DNA of 41,273 nucleotides, from the NCBI GenBank assembly GCA_001600695.1, contig BCKQ01000002.1, positions 1 through 41,273 of the forward strand, in the 5' to 3' direction. Of this stretch, positions 21,717 to 32,753 are shown piece after piece. The position numbers were made by a program, and so were the translations under genes. The notes under the pieces are model-generated. The model was not told the DNA's origin. It did not search any database and was given only the letters and a program-made list of their open reading frames with translations. Within the stretch, counting starts at the first letter, position 1; the number at the start of each line of letters is the position of its first letter. This stretch comes from Ascoidea asiatica JCM 7603 (taxonomy: Eukaryota; Fungi; Ascomycota).

Positions 21717-24482
21717 ATGCTTTTTCTAAATCACATATTTAGGAGATTTCTAAAACATAAAAAAATCATTACATTCATTCTTTTATTATTTTTACTATCT
21801 TATCAAATATTTATATCTCTTAGATCGTCTAATTTAATTTCTAAAGGAAAATTAATATCTTCAAATTCAGATATACTTTCATCCTTATCCAATAGTAACA
21901 AGCATATATCTTTCTCTTCAATAAATGATTTGTTTTTAAATCAAAATTTGTTAACTTCAAATCATTATCAATTTTTATTTGAAAAATATTCAAAAGATTT
22001 TTTTCAAAAAGATCAATCTGAAAAGTGTAATATTTATTTTAATCAATTATATAATTTAGATAAATCCTGGAAAGTTTTGAATTTATTAAATTTTAAAATT
22101 TTGAAATATAATAAAAATGGGTTTGATCATGACTCTTTTATTTCAAATAAAATAGGAAGTTATAAAAGAAAAATTATTTCTCAATTGAAAAAAAAATTAT
22201 CTATACAGTTCAATGATGATAATAATTTAGTTCAATCAAAATTGAAAGATTATAAAATCGCTATTCCTGAAGATATAATTAAATCTTTTGAAATTGATTT
22301 TTCAAATAGTTTAAAGATAAATAAATATCTTGAACAAGAACTTTTAGACTCAATAACTCACTTGCGTGTCTTTGGAAAATGTTTTATAGATGATAATATT
22401 AAAATCAAAAAGATTAAAAGTATAGATGATTCTATTACTAACAATGATGAAAAAAGGGATTATTCATCTTCGATTAATCAACAGGAAAATTTATTGCTTG
22501 ATATAGAATCCAGATTGACTCCCTGGTTTTCGAGGCAGCTACCTATTTTCACTCGTTGGAATGGCGATTTCGTTATAGGATTTCCAATAATTTCTAATTA
22601 TATTTCTTCTGACAGAAGGAAAGTGAATAACAACTATCACTTAACTGAAAACAAAGATGGTTATGTATTTAATGAAACAGATATACGGCTACATGAAATG
22701 AAAAAAAAAAATTCCAAAGCACATTCAAACTCATTTTCAGATTCAGATATTGATATTAACTTAGAAACAAATTCTCAAACTACTTCAGATGATGATACCA
22801 CTCAACTTGATAGATTAGTAAATGAAATTATTGCAGAAGATGTTAATTCTAAAAATTCTTTAGACAACGAAAACGAAAGTCATTTGGTTAATGATGATTC
22901 TATGTCTTCCACAGATTTGGAAAATGATATTCTACTTTCCCCAAATGCTGAAAATAGTGACACTAGTGATAATTCAGATGATAAGGAAAACACAGAAATT
23001 GAAAATACTGACAATGAAAATGTTGAACAAGAGTTCAATGAAGTTCCAACCTTGAGTGAAATTGGCTTCAATAATGAGGATGAAATAGAGAAAAAAAATA
23101 TAATCACAAAACGTTCTTTTTCTAATAAATTCAAAGAATCAAGCTCTTTTCTTCATCAAATGAAGGATCAGATTAATGGTAGAGGGATAGTTATATCTGC
23201 TTCTGACACACAAGTAGATGAAGTGAAGGGATTATTGAGAACTTTGAGAGCATTAAATAATAAATTGCCAATTGAAATAATCCATAAGGGTGATTTGTCT
23301 ATTGAATCTCAGCAAGTACTCATAAACATTTCAAGAGATGATTTAGAATTGCCCTATTCTTATTTAGAAGTTAAAGATGAAATGCTCGTTGAAACGGATT
23401 TCCCAAAACAAGAAATTTGGTTTGTGGATATTCAAGATTGCATAACTGTACAATATAAAAAATACTTCAAAAAATATGCGAATAAACTTCTCGCTTATTT
23501 TTTCAATTCTTTCGATGAAATGATTCTATTAGATACCGATACAGTTTTGTTTGTGAATCCTGAAGAGTTTTTTGAGAGTAAGCAATATAAAAATTCAGAA
23601 ACTTTTTTTTTCAAAGATAGAGAAGTCAATGATAAACTAAGAAATGGAGACTCGACGTTTTTCAAGAAACTAATGCCAAATATTATAGATGAAAAATTGT
23701 TTGGAATTCCTGCCACTACTAATAAAACTTTGAACAACAGATATATTGGAAATGGATATCATCATTTTATGGAGGCTGGCGTTGTTGTGATTAAAAGGTC
23801 AACACATTTTGTCGGGATGCTTATTTCTGTACAGCTTTTATTTTGGAATCCTGCAAAATCCAGAGTATGGGGAGACAAAGAACTCTTTTGGTTAGGGCAA
23901 TCATTGAGTGGAAATGAAAACTATGAATTCAATGATTTATCTGCTGTTGGGGTTGGTAAGTTGTCTCTCAAACAAGAAAAATTTTTAAACTCTCGAAAAT
24001 ATAATAATGAAATATGCTCAACTCATCCAGGTCATATTGAAATGTCTAATGCTAATTATCGATTACTCTGGATCAATTCTGGGTTCAAAAATTGCAAAAT
24101 TCTAAGAAGCTATAAGGATGATTGTGGTAGTAAAAAGTTAAGGAAAATTTTCAGGGAGAAGAATTCAGATACTTTAAGGTATAAACTTAAATATACGTAT
24201 AATAATCACCTTGATATTAATGCCGCTATTTTACCGTCTCTAAACATGAGAAAATTTAATAAAGATAATTTGAGAGAAGAAAGACTATGGACTAAAAGAA
24301 GAGAATGCTCTAGTTATATGTGGTGTTCATACACATATGCCCCAACTAAACAAATGAAAGGAAACAGTGTTCTTCAAAATGGGCTTGCTATTGAGTTCAA
24401 TGAGACCGTTCAAAAAAATTATAGATTTCTTGGAGATCTATGGATTGCGAATTATGAAGAAGATTATGTTTTACCTGAGTGA
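21717..24482 (+). CDS. MNN1: MNN1-family alpha-1,3-mannosyltransferase (GT71), paralogue B, with a long acidic stem insert
   Basis: TM helix plus HLRVFGKC, GRGIVIS, LDTDT, FFKDR, WGDKELFWLG, CSTHPGH and LLWINSG. First ATG is at 21717. Confidence 0.9.
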   Translation: MLFLNHIFRRFLKHKKIITFILLLFLLSYQIFISLRSSNLISKGKLISSNSDILSSLSNSNKHISFSSINDLFLNQNLLTSNHYQFLFEKYSKDFFQKDQSEKCNIYFNQLYNLDKSWKVLNLLNFKILKYNKNGFDHDSFISNKIGSYKRKIISQLKKKLSIQFNDDNNLVQSKLKDYKIAIPEDIIKSFEIDFSNSLKINKYLEQELLDSITHLRVFGKCFIDDNIKIKKIKSIDDSITNNDEKRDYSSSINQQENLLLDIESRLTPWFSRQLPIFTRWNGDFVIGFPIISNYISSDRRKVNNNYHLTENKDGYVFNETDIRLHEMKKKNSKAHSNSFSDSDIDINLETNSQTTSDDDTTQLDRLVNEIIAEDVNSKNSLDNENESHLVNDDSMSSTDLENDILLSPNAENSDTSDNSDDKENTEIENTDNENVEQEFNEVPTLSEIGFNNEDEIEKKNIITKRSFSNKFKESSSFLHQMKDQINGRGIVISASDTQVDEVKGLLRTLRALNNKLPIEIIHKGDLSIESQQVLINISRDDLELPYSYLEVKDEMLVETDFPKQEIWFVDIQDCITVQYKKYFKKYANKLLAYFFNSFDEMILLDTDTVLFVNPEEFFESKQYKNSETFFFKDREVNDKLRNGDSTFFKKLMPNIIDEKLFGIPATTNKTLNNRYIGNGYHHFMEAGVVVIKRSTHFVGMLISVQLLFWNPAKSRVWGDKELFWLGQSLSGNENYEFNDLSAVGVGKLSLKQEKFLNSRKYNNEICSTHPGHIEMSNANYRLLWINSGFKNCKILRSYKDDCGSKKLRKIFREKNSDTLRYKLKYTYNNHLDINAAILPSLNMRKFNKDNLREERLWTKRRECSSYMWCSYTYAPTKQMKGNSVLQNGLAIEFNETVQKNYRFLGDLWIANYEEDYVLPE

Positions 24483-24776
24483 ATCATTGTTCATAGTTAT
24501 TTTGGGTTTTGGGATGGCATAATAAATTATATAGAAAAAAAATTTTATATGATAACCATGTTTTCTTGTAATCTGTTTGTAGGAGATTTTTCTTCTCAAA
24601 TAAAATTCTTTTAAGTAGTATAAATATGAGTTTGCTTTTTTGCGGTAAATCAAATTAAAATAGTTTAAATAAAAGAAATACATATGAAAGAATTACATAA
24701 TTTACAATTCGAAAATGATTGATTACATTTGAAAGAAAATATATTTAAACACCCCTAGACTAAAAATAAAAAATAT

Positions 24777-25896
24777 TTAATAATATGTTGATACCTTTTG
24801 GTAAGAGAAGATATGTTTAGATTTTTGAATTCTGTGAGGTAATGGAAATTTAAGATCAGGATGTAAAAATTGTTTGACATATTGTCTTTTAACATCAGCA
24901 GTTTTTTCTAATTCAACAACTTTTAAAATATGAATTGATCTAAATCTAGCTCTGTGTCTTGCAGCTAAATCTTGGTACATAGATTCAACAGCACCAACTC
25001 TTGTAACATCTCTGTATTCTTTGTACATATTGTGAGTTCCAGATCTAGAATCGTAACGAATCCAAATACCAAAATTTTTAACTTTAGTTGGACGTGCTTC
25101 AGAAATTACATTTAATGCAACAATTTCACCAGAAGCTTTTTTAACTTTGTGTAATTTTTGTAAGAAATACCAGTAACGAGATTTTGCTACAACAGTATTT
25201 TGAGCAAAAATACGCATACGGTATAACTTTGGTTCAGGAACCGATTCAGTAGGTAAACGACGACCAATAACTTGATATTCTGTTAAACGACCCACTATTT
25301 TTGAGAAAATATAATTGAAAAAAAGAAGTTAGTATAAATATTACAAACAATATCATAAAAAAAAAAGTTCATTAGGTATTTAGCAAGAGATGAATAATAG
25401 AACATTTACAATTTGCATTTTTAAATCACTCAACGATATAATTAAAAATACAAGATTTTTAATTGATATATTGAAACTTAACATTTTTTTCCTTTAAAAA
25501 CAAATAGCGAATAAACTATTTCAAAATAAAAAGGCAGTTTGATTGATGAATATATTTTTGTTTTAACAGTTTCTTGATATAAAAAAAGAAATGAAAATTT
25601 GATTCTATAAATAAATTACCTTCGAATTATGTATCCAAATTTTTTCTGAACTGACGAAAGACTCTGAGATGATATTATGATCTATAAGAAAAACCTTTTA
25701 ATTAATTTTCCCTATCATTATTGAATGAAAAAAAATACGCTTGTTTAAAAGGAAATTGATAATTCAAATCAATTTCAAAACTTTTATATATGTAAAATGA
25801 TGAGCCAATTTTCAACTTCTGGGTAAGTTGAATAAACTAAATGAACCTTTAAAACAAGCTGAGGAACACTATTTGAATAATTTAAATTGACATACT
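24777..25896 (-). CDS. RPL20: 60S ribosomal protein eL20 (L20/L18a); exons 25896 (single A) and 25294-24777
   Basis: [16 protein letters not shown]...[17 protein letters not shown] 601-nt intron 25895-25295 (GTATGT, TACTAAC at 25334-25328, TAG) splits the start codon A|TG. Strongly biased codon usage. Confidence 0.96.
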
Positions 25897-26159
25897 TTTT
25901 GATATTTGCTATAATTTAGTCCTGAATATTGAATCTTTATTCTGATATTTTGATCAATTTAGATATATATTTAATATCACTTTGGGATAGTGTAATTATT
26001 TTGGCTATCAAATCCTATTGAATTTTCATTTTCCAGTAAACCTGCAAAGTCAATAAACTAGGAACCAAGACCTTTTCTCCATGTAATGAAGCCATCCTTA
26101 GAGCTCATCCATCCACATGCTAGCGGAATGAAATAAGAAGTCAAGGAAAGGAAGTATAA

Positions 26160-26347
26160 TCTGAAAACTCGTGCCTTGTATCATGTGCTCCTAGATCTTA
26201 TAGTAATGAGACTATACCTCAAAAGCTATAGTGCCTTAGCTTATGACTGTGTTTTTTTACAAAAAAACAATTGTAGAGCCCTTTTTAAATTCATGTGATT
26301 ACGTTAAATATTTAAAGCCCTATAGTTACGGATATTAGTATTACCCG
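26160..26347 (-). promoter_or_regulatory. Probable RPL20 upstream regulatory region
   Basis: Reb1 site TTACCCG at 26341-26347, Tbf1-like AGCCCT motifs near 26277 and 26316, a poly(dA:dT) stretch at 26252-26267 and two GTGCCTT motifs. Confidence 0.4.
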
Positions 26348-27474
26348 AACATTATGGTAACCATGTTACGGATTTGCGCCAAACTGATATTCTGTTCCTC
26401 GGCTATGCCTGCAGCGGTGCTACTATAATGGTATACATTTAATGTCATTAAACCGCTTGGTTATACTGTATGTCTGACCGCTGTGTACGCTTTTTCAAAC
26501 AGTTGTTACAATTGAAAGTAAAAATTTGGTGGAAAACGTTAGTCAAATTTACCCTCTGCTAATGGAATTTTATCCATGTGCGCAAAGGATCGACGCCCAG
26601 AATGTACTTCAAGGTTTGCCCAAAAGATCCTCGCCTGAAACTGACCTACTATGACTCCAGGTATGCTGTGCACCCTACAGAACTGGTACACAGTCCATGC
26701 ACCAATGGATTATACTCCTACTGGGCAGTATTGGGTTGTATTTCTTTTGGTTTGGTTGTATTGTGCTACGATAGCGCAGCTGTTTTTTATTGCGTTGGAC
26801 AGTACAATTGCTGGCTATACCATTTTTTGAATTCTGATGTTGCATATCAGAGTCCTACAACTTTTCGTCTTTGAATAACCATATGCATACTCAGATATTT
26901 TCGTACCCTTGAACTTCTTAGACTTGTCTTTCAAATTAACGCTATTATAAATCCAAGCCGTATCAACTACAGATTGATGCTACTACTCTGCAATTCATGA
27001 AATTGGTTTGCTTTTGTTACTGTAAAAATGTCTGTTTGGGAGTTTTTTATAGTCCGGAAAGAGTCTTTTGTACGGTTTTGGTTTTTGTTAGTACTGAACT
27101 AGTGCAGCAGCGTGATAGTATTTAAAATACTGTTAGCAATATTATTGATATCTATGAACTCTCTATGTATAATAATATTAATAATGATAATAGAATTAAT
27201 AATAATAACAGTAATAATTAAAGGAATTTAAAAAATATCAGCAATGCTACGTACATACGTATTTTAAATCTCTCCTTTTTAAAGGGGTTCGTCAAAAAAT
27301 AACTGTTAAAGATAAGTTAATAATTATATAACCATATATAACCATATAAAATGATAGTTTTTGATTATACTAAAAAATATATATATTTAATTATTTTTTC
27401 TTGATTTATTTGAACAAGTTAAATTATCTATAAGGTTAAGTTTTTATTTGAAAAAACTACTTTATTAACATAAA

Positions 27475-28224
27475 ATGAATAAATTTGAAAATCGATCAAA
27501 AAGATTATCTTCTTATCAAACTGTTCAACTCTCTGGAGATTATTCACCAGTTAGCCCAAATAATACCTTAATATTTGATTCAATATCAAACCACTCAAAT
27601 AATAATTCTACGAAAATGTCAACTAATTCTTTTGAATTCAATCAAAAATCTACAGCTAAAGCAAACGATTTTTCTACTTCTCAAAATAGACTTAAATCTT
27701 ATCAAAATTCTGATTCAAATCAATTACTTATTGGTACACTTGAAGATAAAATCAAAGAAAATGAAAGATTACATAAAGAAAATGAAGATTTAAATAATGA
27801 TTTAATACTTTTGAAATCTTGTATTAGAAATAAGCAAATAGATATGTTAGAAAAGTTGGTTGAAAAAAATCATGTTAATGATGCTGCATTTAAAAATGGA
27901 CATTCACAGTTAGATCTAAATGAAAATCAGCATATTGAATATTCACCTTTGATATTGGAAGAAGCTGCTGCAAATTATTATGAAATATATTCAGATCCTA
28001 CTAGACTTATGATGAAGCTCAATGTATCTGGATTTCCTGATGAAAATGAGGGTTTGAAATTATTGGAATATATTGCTGTTTCTGAAACTTACTTGGGCTT
28101 TAGTTATAAGAGAAGAAAGTTAAATGAAAAGCTTATAGAATCTTTTTGTGATCTTAAGAGTAGTCCATTTGAATATGCAAGCTTTAATGGAAATAATGAT
28201 ATCAAAGCTCGGAAAACAATTTGA
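27475..28224 (+). CDS. Hypothetical protein with a central coiled coil
   Basis: 249-aa ORF with good AAAATG context, an S/N-rich N-terminus and coiled coil LEDKIKENERLHKENEDLNNDL; no recognised family. Confidence 0.7.
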   Translation: MNKFENRSKRLSSYQTVQLSGDYSPVSPNNTLIFDSISNHSNNNSTKMSTNSFEFNQKSTAKANDFSTSQNRLKSYQNSDSNQLLIGTLEDKIKENERLHKENEDLNNDLILLKSCIRNKQIDMLEKLVEKNHVNDAAFKNGHSQLDLNENQHIEYSPLILEEAAANYYEIYSDPTRLMMKLNVSGFPDENEGLKLLEYIAVSETYLGFSYKRRKLNEKLIESFCDLKSSPFEYASFNGNNDIKARKTI

Positions 28225-28975
28225 GAAATAATAAGAAAATTGATGTAAAATTTAATCTGACTAATGGTTTTTATTTAATTTTTATATTCAAGTCAAATTA
28301 AAATTTCATTTAAGTAATTGTACACATCTAAACTTCTACACTTATGAGATATGAACTACAATACTATGATATATTTATGCCTGAAACCATTTTTCCACAA
28401 TTTTTTTTTTTTGTTTGAATCATTGTAGTTAATATTCAGGATTTGAAATCACTATTCCAAAATGGTGAAAAGCTTGATTATTTTTTTTTAATAAAAAAAA
28501 AATATATATGCATTTTTTTCTGTTTTATTGGGTTTGGTTGTTCTAATAAAAAGGATATTGGCGAAACATATTGCTATCCTACTTCCAAAAATTACTAAAA
28601 TACAAAAATTTATGGTCTGTAAACTGTAATGGTTTTTTACGTGCGAAATAACATTACGTACCGATTCTATGATGAGAACACCATTTCATTCTTAAAATTC
28701 CACTGCGAAGACAGTCAAGCGGGTAGAAATCAAGCCCCCAATTTTGCACTACTGTAAGAAACTTAATTAATATTGGGTATAATATTAATACTTTGAGGTT
28801 GTGCTAGTAATTACGTACGTCAAAAAGGATCAGATCAGATAAAACCCCCAGCAAAAAGAACTGAATTTTAATAATCCAAATTCTGCAAATTGAAGGAAAC
28901 AAAATAAACACATATAAATACATTTATTTAGTTTTTATCATTACTATTTAGAAGGCTCTTGAACTGATCTTTATA

Positions 28976-31312
28976 ATGATTGGCTCAAAATATCGACGAA
29001 CAAGAAAAGGAAGAGAAAGAGTATACTTTCTTTTATTGGCGTTAATTATTTTTGGCTTAACTTCTTTTACTTATTTCAAAGGAGATCTGATAATATTACA
29101 GAATATTTCTCAATTTAAAATAATAGTTAAAGATCAAGGCATTCAAAGTAATAAACTTAATAGTAACACTAAATTACAACAAATTCAAGATGTTATAAAT
29201 CTAGATATTGAAAATTCAAGCTCAGATCATTCAGATCTCAATAAATTATTGGAGTTAGCTGCAAATAATACCTCTTTCATATCTTCCAATTATTCCGATA
29301 TATATAATGATTTGTTTAATAATGATCTCACAGACTTAACTCCTTCTGGTTATCAGCAATTCACTTTAGTTAATAAATGTAGACTCTATTTTAATCAATT
29401 ATATAAAAATAATGACTTTAATTGGGACATTTTTTCAACAATCAATACATTGGGAAATACTCGTTATAATGAAAATATTTATGATAATGAAAAGTTCATC
29501 TCCTCAAAAATAGATGCATTTATTAAACAATATAAAATCAAAAATAATATTCCAATGAATAAAGAAATAGATATAACTTTGGAAGAAAATCAAGACCTTA
29601 TTAATAAACTAAAATATCAAATTTTGAATTCCTTAGAAGATGATACTATACTAAATAACAGGATAGAAAATGAAGTTATTTCTATCATTGGCCATATGCG
29701 ATTGTATGGCAAATGCTATTTGAGTGCTTCAAATATCAAAAAAACTTACAATAATTATAATATCAAAAGTTCACTTCAATATGATAATAATAATCAATTA
29801 TCCAGATTCAATCCTACAAAAAAAGAGAATTCTGCTGAAAATATTTGTTTTGATACAGAAAAGCGATTATACCCGTGGTTTTCAGGTAGCCTTCCTATTT
29901 TCAAAAGATGGGATGGTACTATAGTTGAAAACTCATTTCCAAAGTTTAGTAATAATGATCCACCTTTGAAATCAGACATGTCCAAGAATTACTGTTATTT
30001 TAATGATAAAATGAGAACTTCTTTTAATGGAAAAGGTATTGTCATTTCGGTTTCCGATAAGTTTTATCCGCAACTAAAAGGATTTTTAAAGGTTCTAAGG
30101 GCACTAGGTAATGACTTACCAATACAACTAGTTCATAGTGGTGATTTATCAATGGATATTCAAAGAAAATTAATAAAAATTGCAAGATCTGATGATATTT
30201 TTGAAAAATTTAAGTTATCAGCTGATCATAAAATTTATCACCAAAAGAAGTATAATACTAAGGAAAATAATATTCTTGATTTTTCATTTCCAAAGCAGGA
30301 TTTATGGTTTGTAGATATCAAAGATAGTATTACAAAATCCTACAAAGAAAAATTTACTGGATTTGCTTCTAAACTTTTGGCATGTGTTTTCAATTCATTT
30401 GATGAAATGATACTAATGGACGCTGACACAGTTCCTTTTATTAAACCTGGAGAATTCTTCAATATCGAGGGATATATTTCTAAAAATTTGCTACTTTTCA
30501 AAGATAGAGAAGTTGATTTTAAGTTTCTTCATTGGGAAGATACTGAAATCTTTTATAAATTATTACCAAATAAGCTAGATAATTTATTTTTCAATACTCC
30601 ATTTGCAACTCCTCATACATACAATAATAGGTATATGCAAGGGTTCAATTTTTTTTTGGAAGCAGGTGTTGTAGTTGTTAGAAAAACTAACGCATCTCAC
30701 TTTTTAGGACTTCTTGCTAGCTTAAATTTGAATCTATTGAAACCTGTTGCAGTGAGACTTTGGGGAGATAAAGAACTATTTTGGATGTCTCAATCTTTAA
30801 TGGGAAATGAAAATTATGCCATTAATGCTCTTCCTGTAGCGGCTATAGGAGAATTAACAACTAAGGATGAAAGGCCAAATTCACCATCTAGAGAGCTTTG
30901 TTCAACTCACCCAGGCCATATAGACGGAACAGATTCACATACATTACTTTGGATCAATTCTGGTTTTAAAGTTTGCAAAATGCCAGACCCAGAAGATATA
31001 ATCAAAGCTAGATTCAAAAATAAGTTTTCTACCTCCGCTGATTTGCTTCATTATTATAATTCATATTTAAAAATCAATGGGGCAATATTGCCTCCTGACG
31101 CTTTCAACTATTTTGAAAATAATATGGGTGAACCTGATAGGGGATGGAAAAGAGATGAAGAGACATGCGAAGGCTATTACTGGTGTGCTTATGATATAGT
31201 GGGGGGCCAAATAAGCAATCCTCTAGCAAACGGAATGGTTATAGAATATTCTCAAGAAGAGCAGAAGTTATTTAATTATTTAGGAGAAATTTGGGTAGAT
31301 CAAAATGAATAA
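28976..31312 (+). CDS. MNN1: MNN1-family alpha-1,3-mannosyltransferase (GT71), paralogue C
   Basis: TM helix plus HMRLYGKC, GKGIVIS, MDADT, LFKDR, WGDKELFW, CSTHPGH, LLWINSG and YYWCAY. Confidence 0.9.
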   Translation: MIGSKYRRTRKGRERVYFLLLALIIFGLTSFTYFKGDLIILQNISQFKIIVKDQGIQSNKLNSNTKLQQIQDVINLDIENSSSDHSDLNKLLELAANNTSFISSNYSDIYNDLFNNDLTDLTPSGYQQFTLVNKCRLYFNQLYKNNDFNWDIFSTINTLGNTRYNENIYDNEKFISSKIDAFIKQYKIKNNIPMNKEIDITLEENQDLINKLKYQILNSLEDDTILNNRIENEVISIIGHMRLYGKCYLSASNIKKTYNNYNIKSSLQYDNNNQLSRFNPTKKENSAENICFDTEKRLYPWFSGSLPIFKRWDGTIVENSFPKFSNNDPPLKSDMSKNYCYFNDKMRTSFNGKGIVISVSDKFYPQLKGFLKVLRALGNDLPIQLVHSGDLSMDIQRKLIKIARSDDIFEKFKLSADHKIYHQKKYNTKENNILDFSFPKQDLWFVDIKDSITKSYKEKFTGFASKLLACVFNSFDEMILMDADTVPFIKPGEFFNIEGYISKNLLLFKDREVDFKFLHWEDTEIFYKLLPNKLDNLFFNTPFATPHTYNNRYMQGFNFFLEAGVVVVRKTNASHFLGLLASLNLNLLKPVAVRLWGDKELFWMSQSLMGNENYAINALPVAAIGELTTKDERPNSPSRELCSTHPGHIDGTDSHTLLWINSGFKVCKMPDPEDIIKARFKNKFSTSADLLHYYNSYLKINGAILPPDAFNYFENNMGEPDRGWKRDEETCEGYYWCAYDIVGGQISNPLANGMVIEYSQEEQKLFNYLGEIWVDQNE

Positions 31313-31514
31313 ATCTTTTTTTAAACTTCTTAACTATAAGATTTTTTAAACTAAAAAAAGAATTCAAAATTAATACCACTTTTGATTTCTATAGAAAAAA
31401 AAGCAAAATAGGCAATCGTTAAAAACAATATAAGAAACATTTTGATAAAAAAGCTATAAGGTATAAATGTTTATTTCAGTTTTAAATGAAAGGTAAAGAA
31501 TATATAGAACCCGT

Positions 31515-32753
31515 TTATTCAGAAGATGAACCAAAGATACCCCAGGATTGTTCAACATTATAATCACCAGCATCTTTCCAAAGATCATCGTACATTGTGA
31601 ACATAAATACAGAATCACCACAAGATTCTTTGATAGATTTGATGCAAGCCAATTGATTTGCATAAGAAGGTACAGCAACACCATAAGTATCACCGGAATG
31701 TGGCCATCCAGTTTCAGTAATTACAACATTTTTAGAACTACCGCATTGAGTATAAATACTTTGAATGTTACTTAATAACCATGAACCACAGTCTTCTGGT
31801 TCAACTTTACCATCAAAATATGGATGAGAATTAACTGCAATATAATCTGAATATTCACATAAAGCATCATTATCCTGAACAGCAACTAAGGTGTCAACTG
31901 AAACAATATCTCCAGAATAACCATCTGCGCTTAATAAACTTCTAGCGCTTTCGACGGCAGCCTTGACTTCGGCAGTTGTAGCAGTACCTGCATTAACTAG
32001 TTCATTTCCAACAGAAACTGTATCAATACAATCCCAACCTCTTGTAGTAGCTTTTACTGCTTTTGATAAAATTGAAACAGAAGAAGAAAGATCAGTGATA
32101 TCATATAAACCTGCAAAAAGTTTTTGATCATCACCTAAAGCAGCTAAAACATTCTCAACACCTGAACAATCGGTTGCATATAATCTAATTACATCAAAGT
32201 TGGATAATTTTTTAATATCACTTTGAATAGTTGAAGCAGTTTTACAATCACCAGTGTTTGCATAAGGGGAATATGTTATACCTTTTGCACCTTCTGCAGC
32301 AGCGGCAAGACCTGTGCTTGTAGAGGTAGATGAAGAAGATGAAGAAGATGAAGTTGCCGAAGAACTAGATGGCTTAACAACAGTTGTTGAACTTGATGAA
32401 ATAGAAGATGATGATGATGAGGTTGAAATTATTGAAGAAGTAGAAGAAGTAGAGGATTCAATTGTAGAAGATGCCTCTGTTGAAGATTCTTCGGTTGTAG
32501 ACTCGACAACTTGGGAGCTTGAGGTTGTGACAGCTGCAACTTCTAGTTCAGCAGCAGCTGTTGTTTCAACTTCTTCACTAGTTGTAGTTGGAGTTTCAAC
32601 AGCAGCTGTAGAATCAACACCTACAGTAACATAATCTACTTCAGTGACTTCAACAACAACAGTTGCTCGTTTGTGAAGATTATGAAAATGTCCTATTGGA
32701 GATGCTAAGATTCCTGGAACTAATAATAGAAGAGAAAGTTTTGAAAATTGCAT
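31515..32753 (-). CDS. SCW4: GH17 cell-wall glucanase-like protein, Scw4/Scw10/Mp65 family
   Basis: Signal peptide, Kex2 site HKR, Ser/Thr-rich linker, and GAKGITYSPY, IRLYATDC, VGNELVN and ITETGWP motifs. Confidence 0.9.
   Translation of the reverse strand: MQFSKLSLLLLVPGILASPIGHFHNLHKRATVVVEVTEVDYVTVGVDSTAAVETPTTTSEEVETTAAAELEVAAVTTSSSQVVESTTEESSTEASSTIESSTSSTSSIISTSSSSSSISSSSTTVVKPSSSSATSSSSSSSSTSTSTGLAAAAEGAKGITYSPYANTGDCKTASTIQSDIKKLSNFDVIRLYATDCSGVENVLAALGDDQKLFAGLYDITDLSSSVSILSKAVKATTRGWDCIDTVSVGNELVNAGTATTAEVKAAVESARSLLSADGYSGDIVSVDTLVAVQDNDALCEYSDYIAVNSHPYFDGKVEPEDCGSWLLSNIQSIYTQCGSSKNVVITETGWPHSGDTYGVAVPSYANQLACIKSIKESCGDSVFMFTMYDDLWKDAGDYNVEQSWGIFGSSSE

Noticed and set aside
25797-25862. 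ATGATGA...CTGA box C/D-like pattern in the RPL20 intron
   Set aside because: It is antisense to the host transcript and has no recognisable rRNA guide
25985-26255. Possible H/ACA snoRNA upstream of RPL20 (AGATTA and ACA on the minus strand)
   Set aside because: Hairpins are unconvincing, there is no match to snoRNAs I know, and the region is better explained as the RP promoter. An Rfam scan would settle it.
26578-26874. 98-aa GTG-start ORF
   Set aside because: Non-ATG start, codon usage unlike real genes here, and no family motif
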